NCBI GenBank assembly: GCA_963815195.1
Contig: CAWFGE010000023.1
Location: forward strand, 192,001-256,000
Direction: 5' to 3'
Source: an uncultured Planctomycetaceae bacterium
GTDB lineage: Bacteria > Planctomycetota > Planctomycetia > Planctomycetales > Planctomycetaceae
DNA length: 64,000 nt
Both the position numbers and the translations under genes were made by a program. Each line of letters opens with the position of its first letter. Positions within the stretch are counted from its first letter, which is position 1. Positions 20,820-32,221 of this stretch are shown here, piece by piece. Below the pieces are notes generated by a model. It was not told where the DNA came from. It did not search any database and saw only the letters and a program-made list of their open reading frames with translations.

Positions 20820-22334
20820 ATGTTTGAAGGAATCAGCCAAAACCTGAAGGGGGCGTTGTCTTTCCTCGATCGCGGAAAGATGACCGAGGCCAACATCCGC
20901 GAGGGGATGAAGCAAGTCCGCCTGGCCCTCCTGGAAGCCGACGTGAATTACGACGTCGCCCAGCAGTTTATGGACCGGGTGACGGAACAAGCCGTCGGCG
21001 AGCGGGTGCTCAAATCGCTCAGGCCCAGCCAGTACGTCATCAAGATCGTGTATGACGAACTCGTGCGGCTGATGGGCGGCGACCCCGACGAGCAGGAATA
21101 CGTCCCCAAAAGCGTCGCCAGCACGTTGGGCGTCAAACGCGACGGCGTCACCGTGATCATGATGTGCGGGCTCCAGGGCTCCGGGAAAACCACGACCTGC
21201 GGCAAGCTCGCCAAGATGCTCTTGGACAATGGCTATAAGTCCATGCTCGTCGCGGCGGACCTCCAGCGGCCCGCGGCCATCGAGCAATTAAAAATCGTCG
21301 GCGAGCAAGTCGGCGTGCCGGTCTATACCGAAGACCCGCAAAAAAGCTCCCCGGTGCAGGTCTGCCGGAACGGCCTCAAAGCCGCCAAGTCCGCCGGCGA
21401 TGTGCGCGTGCTGATTTTGGACACCGCCGGCCGGTTGCACGTCGACAGCGCTCTGATGAAAGAACTCGAGCAGATCGACAAGCACTGCGACCCGGACCAG
21501 GCGCTCCTTGTCTGCGATGCGATGACCGGGCAGGACGCCGTCAACAGTGCCCGCGCATTTAACGACTCGCTCGTGCTCGACGGGGTGATCCTCACCAAAC
21601 TCGACGGCGACACCCGCGGCGGGGCGGCGCTGTCGGTCAAAGAAGTCACCGGCGTGCCCATCAAGTTCGTCGGCGTCGGCGAGCAGCTCGACAAGCTGCA
21701 GCATTTCTACCCCGACCGCATGGCCAGCCGAATCCTCGAAATGGGCGACATGCTCAGCCTGATCGAGGATCTGCAGTCCAAGGTCGATCAGGACGAAATG
21801 CTCAAAGCCCAAGAGGCGCTCGAAAAAGGGAAGTTCACCCTCGAAGACTTCCAGAAGCAGATGCGGCAGATCAAAAAGCTCGGCTCGATGGGCGAGATCA
21901 TGAAAATGATCCCCGGCATGGGCGGCATGGCTGACCAGATCGCCGGCATGAACCCCGACCAGGATCTCAAGCGGATCGACGGCATCATCAACTCGATGAC
22001 GCGCGAGGAACGCAAGAACCCCGACATCATCGACCGCAGCCGACGCCAGCGGATCGCGGTGGGCAGCGGCACCGACCCGGCGGACGTCAACAAGCTCCTC
22101 AAAGACTTCAAAGGCATGTCGGGCATGATGCAAAAGATGGCCGGCCTGGGCCTCCGCGACCGCATGCGGGCCATGAAGGAAATGGCCGACGGCGGAATGC
22201 TCGATCCCGGCGCCCAAATCCGGCAGAAAAAAGAGCGCAGCAAACGCGGCCCCCAAGACATCCAAATGGCCAAGCAGAAAAAAAAGGACAAACGCAAAGA
22301 GGCGAAAAAGCAGCGAAAAAAAAACCGCCGGTGA
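20820..22334 (+). CDS. ffh: Signal recognition particle protein
   Basis: [20 protein letters not shown] and TKLDGD motifs; Met-rich M domain. Confidence 0.97.
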   Translation: MFEGISQNLKGALSFLDRGKMTEANIREGMKQVRLALLEADVNYDVAQQFMDRVTEQAVGERVLKSLRPSQYVIKIVYDELVRLMGGDPDEQEYVPKSVASTLGVKRDGVTVIMMCGLQGSGKTTTCGKLAKMLLDNGYKSMLVAADLQRPAAIEQLKIVGEQVGVPVYTEDPQKSSPVQVCRNGLKAAKSAGDVRVLILDTAGRLHVDSALMKELEQIDKHCDPDQALLVCDAMTGQDAVNSARAFNDSLVLDGVILTKLDGDTRGGAALSVKEVTGVPIKFVGVGEQLDKLQHFYPDRMASRILEMGDMLSLIEDLQSKVDQDEMLKAQEALEKGKFTLEDFQKQMRQIKKLGSMGEIMKMIPGMGGMADQIAGMNPDQDLKRIDGIINSMTREERKNPDIIDRSRRQRIAVGSGTDPADVNKLLKDFKGMSGMMQKMAGLGLRDRMRAMKEMADGGMLDPGAQIRQKKERSKRGPQDIQMAKQKKKDKRKEAKKQRKKNRR

Positions 22335-22355
22335 TCGACGATCGTAATTTGTTTA

Positions 22356-22460
22356 AGGCGAGCGGGGGCGTGAGCCCCCCCGGTTACTTGGAATGTTCCA
22401 GAACCCAGCCGAACTTAAGCGCTCGTGATTCACCGGCCAGCTAACGCTGGCCGCTCGCCG
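22356..22460. repeat. REP-like palindromic pair downstream of ffh
   Basis: ggcgagcgggggcgtgagccccccggt ... accggccagctaacgctggccgctcgcc. Confidence 0.65.
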
Positions 22461-22483
22461 AAGGTATTGACCATCCATCTATC

Positions 22484-23321
22484 ATGCACCAAGAGCCGGA
22501 TTATGCAAAAGACAGCGAGTTTAAGAAGCTCGTGGTCCGTCAAAGCGATGTGGACTTGGTCCGCGTCGCCTTGGAGTTGGCGCGGGATGCTTATCCGGAA
22601 CTTGACCTCTCCGAACCTTTGAAGTGGATTCGCGAGCGGGCCGGGGAACTCAAGCCGGGCCTCGCGGTGCGGGATGAATTGGAATCGCTCCAGGCGATCG
22701 CGGAGTGTCTGTCGGAGCGGCACGGGCTCACCGGCAGCCCGGAGGCTTACGAAGACCCCGATGCCAGCTACTTGCAGAAAGTGATCGAGACCGGGCGGGG
22801 GATCCCAATCAGCCTGTCGGTGATTTATATGGCGGTGGCCGAGCGGTTGGAGCTTCCGCTGCTGGGCGTCTCGGCTCCGATGCACTTTCTGGCCCGGATG
22901 GAATCTGGCGAGGGGCCGCTGTTTGTGGATGCCTACGCGAATGGCCGCGTGCTCACGCTGCCCGAGTGCCTGGATTGGCTCGGCGGCCTTACCAATTTTT
23001 CCGAAGCCCAACTTCTCGCTGCGCCTGGAACCCGCCGGCCCGCGGGCGATCATCGTGCGGATGCTGAATAACCTCAAAGTCATCTATGCAAAGCGGGAGG
23101 ATTGGCCGGCCGCGTGGAAAGTACAGCACCGCCTCAGCACCTTGCAGTCCGCCTCTTACAACGAACGCCGGGACTTGGGCATCATCTCGCTGCACGCGGG
23201 CCGATTGAGCCTCGCGGTCGATGTACTCGCGGCGTGCTTAACCAAGTGCCCCGAGGCCGAACGCGAAATCCTCGAAGGCCACCTCAAACAAGCCCGCCGC
23301 CAGTTGTCGGAGTGGAATTGA
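22484..23321 (+). CDS. SirB1-like transglutaminase/TPR protein (frameshift near 23015)
   Basis: SYL.KVIE.GRGIPISL, PMHFL, RMLNNLK and ERRDLG motifs over two frames. Confidence 0.8.
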
Positions 23322-23489
23322 TGGAAGAAGGGGCAAAGGCCACACAGGCCACAAAGGGGCAAAGGGCTGCGGGGCAAAAACCGGAAGAACCTCGGTGCGG
23401 ATTGGGCACGGTTGACATTCCAATTGTTCCACGATCTTCTATCGTCTATCCTCGCCGTCGGATTGGGAACACCTTGAAAGGAAGATTCG

Positions 23490-24977
<1,488 letters not shown>

Positions 24978-24983
24978 ACGGCA

Positions 24984-25094
24984 TGCTTCCAAAAGAGCCG
25001 CGCACGAAGTAAGCGGTGGCTGCTTCCAAAAGAGCCGCGCACGAAGTAAGCGGTGGCTGCTTCCAAAAGAGCCGCGCACGAAGTAAGCGGTGGC
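24984..25094. repeat. Three exact tandem 37-bp copies carrying REP core AGAGCCGCGCACGAAGTAAGCGG
   Basis: tgcttccaaaagagccgcgcacgaagtaagcggtggc at 24984, 25021 and 25058; no spacers. Confidence 0.92.
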
Positions 25095-25098
25095 TTCG

Positions 25099-25785
25099 CT
25101 ACTCCTTGGGCAATCGGGCAAGGGCTTCGTTGCTGCCGACGACGACGAGCACGTCGCCGGGCTCGATCACGTCGTTGGCGCGGGGGACGCCGATCACGTT
25201 TTGTTTTTTGATCGTGTTTCCCACATCGTCGGCGCCCTCAAACGGGCGTTTGATGGCGATGAGGTTGACGTCGTATCGTTTTCGCAGTTCGAGAATCTGC
25301 AGCGACTTCCCGCAGAATTGCTTCGGGGCATGAAGTTCGATCAGCGTGTAACCGTCCGCGAGCGTGACGAGGTCTTCGAGCTGCGGATTGGCGAGGCTGT
25401 GCCCCAGCCGCTCGCCGGCTTGAATCTCGGGCTGGATGACTTCGTCCGCGCCGATCTGCTTAAAGATTTCGCCGTGAAACGCCGTCTGCGCCCGGCAGAT
25501 GATTTTGGGCACGCCCATTTTTTTGAGGATCACCGTCGTCAACAGCGCGGCTTCAAAATTCTCTCCGATCGCGACCACGGCCACGTCCACGAGGTCGATC
25601 TCCTGACCGCGAAGGGCCGCCTGGTCGGTCGAGTCCAACTTCACCGCGACCGCGACCTCGTCGCGCATTTCGTTGACGAGCGACATGTCGCTATCGACGG
25701 CGATCACTTCCGCCCCGCTCGCGGTCAACTGCCGGGCGAGCGCCGTTCCAAAACGCCCCAATCCAATCACGGCCACTTTTTGCAC
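25099..25785 (-). CDS. TrkA/KtrA family K+ uptake NAD-binding subunit
   Basis: VIGLGRFG Rossmann motif and a TrkA-C domain. Confidence 0.92.
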   Translation of the reverse strand: MQKVAVIGLGRFGTALARQLTASGAEVIAVDSDMSLVNEMRDEVAVAVKLDSTDQAALRGQEIDLVDVAVVAIGENFEAALLTTVILKKMGVPKIICRAQTAFHGEIFKQIGADEVIQPEIQAGERLGHSLANPQLEDLVTLADGYTLIELHAPKQFCGKSLQILELRKRYDVNLIAIKRPFEGADDVGNTIKKQNVIGVPRANDVIEPGDVLVVVGSNEALARLPKE

Positions 25786-25810
25786 AGGAGATTCCTTTTG
25801 AGTTGTCAGT

Positions 25811-27691
25811 TTATCCGAGCGTCACGCGTTCCACGGGGTAATCGTAGTTCGGTTGTTTGGTTTGACCGGCGAGGCCGATCAGGACCGTCAACGGCCCCAC
25901 GCGTCCGAGGAACATCGTGACGATGATGACGTATTGTGAGGGCACCGTCAGCGTGGAGGTATTCACCGAGGACACGCCCACGGTGGCAAAGGCGCTCGTG
26001 GCCTCGAACAGGTGATCGAGAAACAAGGCTTCGTTCCGCTCGAAGATCACGAGCAGCATGGTGGTGGTCATCGTGACCAGGACGCCGAGCGCCAAAACCG
26101 TCAGCGCCCGGTTGACGACTTCATCGGGAATCACGCGGTTGCCGACTTCGACCCGCTGCCGGCCTTGGAGAATGCTCGAAAGCCGCAAGAGTGCGAGCGC
26201 CAAGACCATGACTTTCACGCCGCCGCCGGTCGAACCGGGGGCGGCCCCGATGAACATTAGAAAAATGGCAAACAACTTTGTGGCCGGCTGCAGGGCCGCG
26301 TGATCGACGCTGTTAAACCCCGCCGTCCGAAACGTGACCGACTGAAACCACGCGTGGGCGATGCGGGTTAGGGCGCCGGGCGATTCTTCTTCGGCGACGG
26401 CGCTCGGGGAACCGAGATCGGGCGAGGTGGATTCCAGCAGATAATAGATCACCGCGCCCAAGATCAACAGCGCCGCCGTGGTGACCAGCACCAGCCGCGA
26501 CGAGATCGACAAATGCGTCCGCACCCGCGACAGGTTGAACAACGGCGGCTTCTGGAGCGACCGCACGTACGAAAGCGAAACGATCGCCACGTTGTAGAGC
26601 ACCGCAAAGCCCAGGCCGCCGATGATAATGAGCGCCGGCACGACGGTCAGCACCTGCCAGCGCGTGTCCCAGCCGACAAAACTTTCGGGTCGGAGCGAAA
26701 ACCCCGCATTGCAAAACGCGCTCACCGAATGGAACACGCTGTAAAACGCCCGCTCGTGAAACGGCCGATCGGACCACAAGCCGGAGACGAGCACCGCCCC
26801 GATCAATTCCGTCGCGAACGTGAACCCGAAGATTCCCAAGACGAGCCGGCGGACGTGTTCCAAACCGTTGGCTTCCAGCACGTCGTGGAGCGTCGCGCTT
26901 TCGCGCATCCGCATCGCCCGCCCGGAGACCACGGCGAAAAACGCGCCGCAGGTCATAATTCCCAACCCCCCGATCTGGAACAAGCCCATGATGACCGTCT
27001 GGCCCATCCGGCTCCAATAGGCATCCGGACCGCCGGTGTCCACTACGATCAGGCCCGTCACGCAACTCGCGCTCGTGGAGGTGAAGAGCGCCACGCGGAG
27101 CCGTTCGAGAAACGCGACCTCGTCGAACGTCTTCGGGTCGGCATAGGCTTTGGGAAGCATCAAGAGCACCGTGCCCGTGGCGATGAGGACGAGGAACGAC
27201 CCGACGAGCAATAGCGCCGGGTTCGTGCCCATCCGCGCGGTGGATTGCCGGGTGAAGAGGATGGAACTCACAATCGCCCGCGGCACCAGGCACAGCTCCG
27301 CCCAGAGCACGAGAGCCCAGGGCCGATTCAGCGCGAGGCCCTGACGCTCGGCAATCCAGGGACCCAAGAAAATCAGGCCCAGCGTGCCCGCGGTCCAGGC
27401 CGCGCTGATAATCACAAGCGCCCGGTGCCTGCGGTAAAACGACGGCCTCGCCAGGCTCCAATAGTAGCGAAAGCCCAGGATCACCGTGAGCGCAAACATA
27501 AACAAGAACACGGCGATGCCGAGTTCCCATTGCACGCGCGGGCTGAGGTTGTGGAGGCCGTGCTGAATCGCCGTCGCCCCCACGCCCAGGACCAACAGCC
27601 CCGCTTCCACTCCCTTGAGCCATTTGACGGCGGTGGGGCGGATCGTGTTCTGCACCGTGATCTGACGAATGGGATCGGTCGGCTTGCTCAT
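25811..27691 (-). CDS. TrkH/KtrB family K+ transporter membrane subunit
   Basis: SASCVTGL, SAFCNAGF, RTAGF, PGSTGGG and SAFATVG filter motifs. Confidence 0.92.
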   Translation of the reverse strand: MSKPTDPIRQITVQNTIRPTAVKWLKGVEAGLLVLGVGATAIQHGLHNLSPRVQWELGIAVFLFMFALTVILGFRYYWSLARPSFYRRHRALVIISAAWTAGTLGLIFLGPWIAERQGLALNRPWALVLWAELCLVPRAIVSSILFTRQSTARMGTNPALLLVGSFLVLIATGTVLLMLPKAYADPKTFDEVAFLERLRVALFTSTSASCVTGLIVVDTGGPDAYWSRMGQTVIMGLFQIGGLGIMTCGAFFAVVSGRAMRMRESATLHDVLEANGLEHVRRLVLGIFGFTFATELIGAVLVSGLWSDRPFHERAFYSVFHSVSAFCNAGFSLRPESFVGWDTRWQVLTVVPALIIIGGLGFAVLYNVAIVSLSYVRSLQKPPLFNLSRVRTHLSISSRLVLVTTAALLILGAVIYYLLESTSPDLGSPSAVAEEESPGALTRIAHAWFQSVTFRTAGFNSVDHAALQPATKLFAIFLMFIGAAPGSTGGGVKVMVLALALLRLSSILQGRQRVEVGNRVIPDEVVNRALTVLALGVLVTMTTTMLLVIFERNEALFLDHLFEATSAFATVGVSSVNTSTLTVPSQYVIIVTMFLGRVGPLTVLIGLAGQTKQPNYDYPVERVTLG

Positions 27692-27893
27692 TGGCAGATT
27701 CCCAATGCCCTAACGCGGCAAAGCCGCAACCAACGTATCGGCGGCATCCAGCCGCCGGGGATCGATCTCGGCGGCAAGATGCCGCCGCTCCGAGACTCGA
27801 AAACGAAATCTCGCGCGAACTCCTTTTCAAAAGGAACGCCGGGGGAATCCTAATGGATCTCTGAAAAACCTGCCAACAGAGAAAGGCCCGCCG

Positions 27894-28652
27894 TCACGAG
27901 CGCGGACGTTCCTTGTTTTCCGAGGGCTCCCGCGGGCTTCGCTTCTGCTCGAGCAGCCATTCGTAGAGCTTGGGGTTGTCGTAAGTCTCGGTCCAGGCAT
28001 CGTGGCCGGCTTCGGGGTAGATCGTCAGCATCGCATCGCCGCCGGATTTTTTGATCGCTGCGATCATGGATTCGGACCGCGCGACGGGCACGCCCGGGTC
28101 TTTGCCCCCGTGAAAGGCCCACACGGGCAGGCGGGCGATTCGCTTGGCCCAATAAGTCTCTCCGCCGCCGCAGATCGGGGCGATCGCCGCAAACTTCTCG
28201 GGGGCATAAAAGGCGAGCCGCCACGTTCCAAAGCCGCCCATGCTGAGGCCCGTCACGCAAATGCGGTCTGGATCGACTTTGTAATTTCGGCTGATGTCGT
28301 CGAGCAGCGCGAGCAATTCCATCGGCTCCCACCAGCGGTCCTTGGGGCATTGGGGCGAAACCACGATGAACGGGAACTCTTTGCCTTGCGCGATCCGCTT
28401 CGGCGGCCCGTGCTTCTTGACGAGTTCCAGATCATCGCCCCGCTCGCCGGCACCGTGGAGAAACAGCAACAACGGCCACGACTCCTTGGCTGCGTAATCT
28501 TTGGGCAGATACAGCAGATAGTCGATGCGGACTTTGATCTCGGCATCGAGCCGCGCGGACTGCTGCGTGCCGGGCTGATCTTTGCAGAGCGCCGCGGCCG
28601 GATTGACGATCCATGCCGCGAGAGCCAGGGAACAAGCGAAGAAGAATTTCAT
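27894..28652 (-). CDS. Secreted alpha/beta hydrolase (phospholipase/peptidase-like)
   Basis: LHGAGERG, TGLSMGG, FHGGKD and GHDAW motifs. Confidence 0.88.
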   Translation of the reverse strand: MKFFFACSLALAAWIVNPAAALCKDQPGTQQSARLDAEIKVRIDYLLYLPKDYAAKESWPLLLFLHGAGERGDDLELVKKHGPPKRIAQGKEFPFIVVSPQCPKDRWWEPMELLALLDDISRNYKVDPDRICVTGLSMGGFGTWRLAFYAPEKFAAIAPICGGGETYWAKRIARLPVWAFHGGKDPGVPVARSESMIAAIKKSGGDAMLTIYPEAGHDAWTETYDNPKLYEWLLEQKRSPREPSENKERPRS

Positions 28653-29123
28653 GGCGATTCCTTGTTCTGAGGTGTCAATAAAACGCGCAAGAGCCGATTC
28701 TACCAAGCCGATTTTCCCTCCGATAGAAAGGCGAAAGACGATAGGCCTGAAATTTGCTTCATCCATTCCCGCTTTCTCCATGCAGGAAGACGAGGTCCTC
28801 GAAACATCCGCATGAACCCAGTGCAATCAGGACGTTCGCGATCCCGCCGCGGAGAGAAGAATCAGCACGATGCCGATCTCAACAAGGACGGGAACGCTGC
28901 AAAGGATATAGAGCAGGGAAATTTTCCAAGACCGATGCAGCAAGGCGGCGACAGACCCCGCGCCGCCCAAAGCGCTGCGACCACGTAAATCGCCCATTCC
29001 CAAGTTGCCGACGGCCGAATGACCAGAAGAAAACCGCCCGCCGCCCACAACACAACGTGCGACCAGACCGCGGCGAATCCCAACGCCTTTTGCCAGCTCA
29101 TTTCCATCAGGCGTGAACCCCAT

Positions 29124-29345
29124 TCATCCGCGAGGGCTGAAAATCAAACCCGCGCTCGCTGTCAGCAGGAAGAGGACTAAAGAAACATAACAAGCCCAGG
29201 CATCGACCCGGCCGCGAGATTCGCCGAGGCCAAACCTCGGCCCCAGCCGATGCCAGAGCCAAAAACCAACCGGGATCGTGACAAGGCCGAACAACCACAG
29301 CATCCACGCCGGCAGAAAATATGGCACTATGAAAGACTCGCTTTC
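29124..29345 (-). pseudogene. Probable C-terminal fragment of a membrane protein
   Basis: Two hydrophobic helices (WMLWLFGLVTIPVGFWLW...); no convincing start. Confidence 0.35.
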
Positions 29346-29349
29346 CCAG

Positions 29350-29841
29350 CTATTGAGGTGACACTTTGGCGTCTTTTTCATGCTGGAGCCGTCGGCGCAG
29401 CAGCACGGCGCCCCAAATTGCGAATGGGAGAAAGTAGACCATCATCAGGAGCACGAAACATTGCACAATGGTGGGAACCACCAGCAGCGAGCGGTGCCAG
29501 AGATTGAAGGCAACCGTCACCGTGAGCGCGACGGCAATCATCCACAAGATCGAGACGACCATATACAAGGCGCCTGGGTCGTCAGCACGCGGAATGACGA
29601 GAAAGTGAAAGGAGGCGAGGGACGCAAGACAAAATCCCACCGCCAGGATCACGACCGCGGAATAGATTTTTTCAGCCGTCGTCATTCCGTCCGCCGACTC
29701 CGCGGGCTCCGTTTCTCTCTTATCCCAATCCAATTCTGGGGGCGAAGTTGCGGGCATTTCGATTTCGAGTCCGCACTCGGAGCAGAACGCATCATGCACC
29801 CGGGGACGTTCCGCTCCGCAATTGGGGCACCATTCAGTCAT
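29350..29841 (-). CDS. Zinc-ribbon membrane protein, hypothetical
   Basis: CPNCG...CSECG followed by 3-4 TM helices. Confidence 0.7.
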   Translation of the reverse strand: MTEWCPNCGAERPRVHDAFCSECGLEIEMPATSPPELDWDKRETEPAESADGMTTAEKIYSAVVILAVGFCLASLASFHFLVIPRADDPGALYMVVSILWMIAVALTVTVAFNLWHRSLLVVPTIVQCFVLLMMVYFLPFAIWGAVLLRRRLQHEKDAKVSPQ

Positions 29842-29954
29842 TGGAAATCTTGATCAGGCTTTCCGAACCCGCCGCTGCCTGGCATTGGATCGACGGTCGG
29901 CGATTAAAAACGAATCGACCGGGGAAGATTTCCACGGTCAAATTGAAGGACGCC

Positions 29955-30491
29955 CTACGACTTCTCCTTCGTGACCAGTTTCGGCTTCGGCAAGGTCGGC
30001 AGCACGAGTTTCTCCGGCAACTTGGGCAAGATCTTTTTCCGGAGGGCTTTGTCTTTCATGCCGCTCCCGTCCAGGAACTTCCAGGTTTTTCCGCCGTCGG
30101 AGGAGATTCCCAAAAGGTATGATTCGCCGAGTATTGTTTCCTTGCGGGATGACATCTCCATTTTCGTGGGCAGAACTGCAAAGGTGTTTTTACCTTCGGT
30201 GTAGAACTTTTTCGGAGGACTGGCTTCAAATCTGTCGAAGGTGAACCCCTCATTTCTCATCTGTTCGAGGGACTTCTTCGTGAAATCAATCGCCGATTTT
30301 CGGCCGCCCAGAAGTTCGACCAGCGTCGGATAGGTCGAGTCGATGACCGTTTCCGCATCCCCGTCGATCGTGGCCTTCGCGATCTTATCGGCCATAGCCT
30401 TTACGGCCGCTTCAGCCGGTTCATCCGCATGGACCATCGGGAATCCGACGACGAGGAGAGCCAACACGCTCAATAGAGGAAAGTGCCGCAT
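29955..30491 (-). CDS. Secreted hypothetical protein
   Basis: Signal peptide ending VHA-DE; typical codon usage. Confidence 0.75.
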   Translation of the reverse strand: MRHFPLLSVLALLVVGFPMVHADEPAEAAVKAMADKIAKATIDGDAETVIDSTYPTLVELLGGRKSAIDFTKKSLEQMRNEGFTFDRFEASPPKKFYTEGKNTFAVLPTKMEMSSRKETILGESYLLGISSDGGKTWKFLDGSGMKDKALRKKILPKLPEKLVLPTLPKPKLVTKEKS

Positions 30492-30552
30492 GATGTGCCT
30501 CAATTCAGATAGGGAAGGGCTTGATCGGTGATCCATACATAGTATCTAATGA

Positions 30553-31101
30553 ATGGAGGAATTTGGCTTTTATTTGACGCTTTGTCGCTTGGAATGGCGC
30601 AATCAAATGGAATCCCCGGAATCTTTTCTGGATCATTTGCAATACTGGTTCGCAGCCATTGCCAGCGAAGACATTGTTGTCACCAATGATCCATTTATCG
30701 AAGCCCAAGCGAATCTCTGGACAATTTCACTAACGAAGGAAATGGCATCCAATCTTTCGATTCGGGACCTTTGTGTTTGCGTAAGCACTTTTATCGAGAG
30801 AAAGCGTAGCGAAGCGAAACGAAAAAATCTGGTTCCACTTCTCTTTTATTTATGGTTTGACGAGCAAGCTGGGCAACTGCGATTCAGCATAACGTCCATT
30901 GCGGATCCATCACGATTGCCTTTCCAATGTGCGATCAACACTGATGCCAAGCTCAGTGAGATCGCTTCTCAAGTTTTGGCTGGGCCTCATTTAGACGGAA
31001 TTCCATTTGAGGAGCTGGAAGAAGAACATTCAAACTCCCCTCGCTTAAGGTTGTCCGAACCAGTTGTTCTGGATGTGTTTGTGACAAAACTGAATAGTTG
31101 A
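30553..31101 (+). CDS. Low-GC hypothetical protein
   Basis: 182-aa ORF in an AT-richer patch; start uncertain. Confidence 0.65.
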   Translation: MEEFGFYLTLCRLEWRNQMESPESFLDHLQYWFAAIASEDIVVTNDPFIEAQANLWTISLTKEMASNLSIRDLCVCVSTFIERKRSEAKRKNLVPLLFYLWFDEQAGQLRFSITSIADPSRLPFQCAINTDAKLSEIASQVLAGPHLDGIPFEELEEEHSNSPRLRLSEPVVLDVFVTKLNS

Positions 31102-31116
31102 TTGTTTCGTGGGTCG

Positions 31117-32029
31117 TTACTCGATCACATTCGGCTTGGGCGTCTCTTCCACGCGGGGGTCCTGGCCGCCTCTTAACACGCTGCTGCCTTCGAAGAGGGT
31201 TCGTTGGTCGATGGCCGGCGGGTTGAGCCAGTCGGATTCTTTCATCTGGCCGCTTTGGCCGTACGCGGCGAGGGCGTTGTTGTAGACGACATCTTTGATC
31301 TGGGTTTCGGGAATGCCTCGCTCTTTCATCAGCCGGACCGTTTTGGGCACGGCGAGCGGATCGGAGACGCCCCAGTCGGCGGCGGAATCGACAATGATCC
31401 GCTCCGAGCCGTACTTCTTCACAATCTCCACCATCCGCTCGTTGCCCATCTTGGTTTTGGGGTAGATCGTAAACGCCGCCCAGAAACCGCGGTCCAAGAC
31501 TTCCTGCACCGTCTCTTCGTTATTGTGATCGACAACGACCATGCCGGGCTCGAGGCCCATCTCGATGCAGACATCCATGCTCCGCGAGGTGCCCCGCTTT
31601 TTGTTGCGGTGCGGCGTGTGGATCATCACCGGGCAATTCGACTTCCTTGGCGAGTTCGAGCTGTTCGCGGAAGAAGCGGTCCTCGGCGTCGGTCTGGTCG
31701 TCGTAGCCGATTTCCCCCACCGCGACCACGCCCTCTTTGGCGAGATACAAGGGCAGGATTTCCATGACCTGCTCCGCGAGCGGGATGTTGTTGGCCTCTT
31801 TGGAATTGAGGCCGATGGTGCAGTAATGCCTGATCCCAAACTGGGCCGCCCGGAACCGCTCGAACCCGACGAGGCTGGAGAAATAATCCTGAAACGTGCC
31901 CACGGCGGTGCGGGGCTGGCCGAGCCAGAAGGCCGGCTCGATAATCGCCACGATGCCATTGGCGGCCATCGCTTCGTAGTCATCCGTGGTGCGGGCACTC
32001 ATGTGAACGTGCGGGTCGATGATCTTCAT
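31117..32029 (-). CDS. TatD-family hydrolase, EboB-like (frameshift near 31635)
   Basis: IDPHVHM..RTTDDY, EPAFWLGQPR, GEIG, HTPHR and DSAADWG motifs. Confidence 0.85.
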
Positions 32030-32221
32030 GAGGTTCTGTCCCTTTAAAGTCAAATAGGTTACGCTGCCAACGGGCGGAAAGTTTTGGAAGAAGGCGGGCG
32101 CCACGCCCTTCGCTGCGCTCAGGGACGTGCCACCCGATTCTCCTATAGAATACAGCCATGAAACGCGGTCCGAAACCGTTAGAATGATGGTTTTGAATCC
32201 TCCCCAATTTGAATCGGTCCC

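Noticed and set aside
24984..25094. 37-bp repeats as a CRISPR array
   Set aside because: The copies are contiguous with no spacers, no cas genes are present, and the same core is dispersed elsewhere like a REP.
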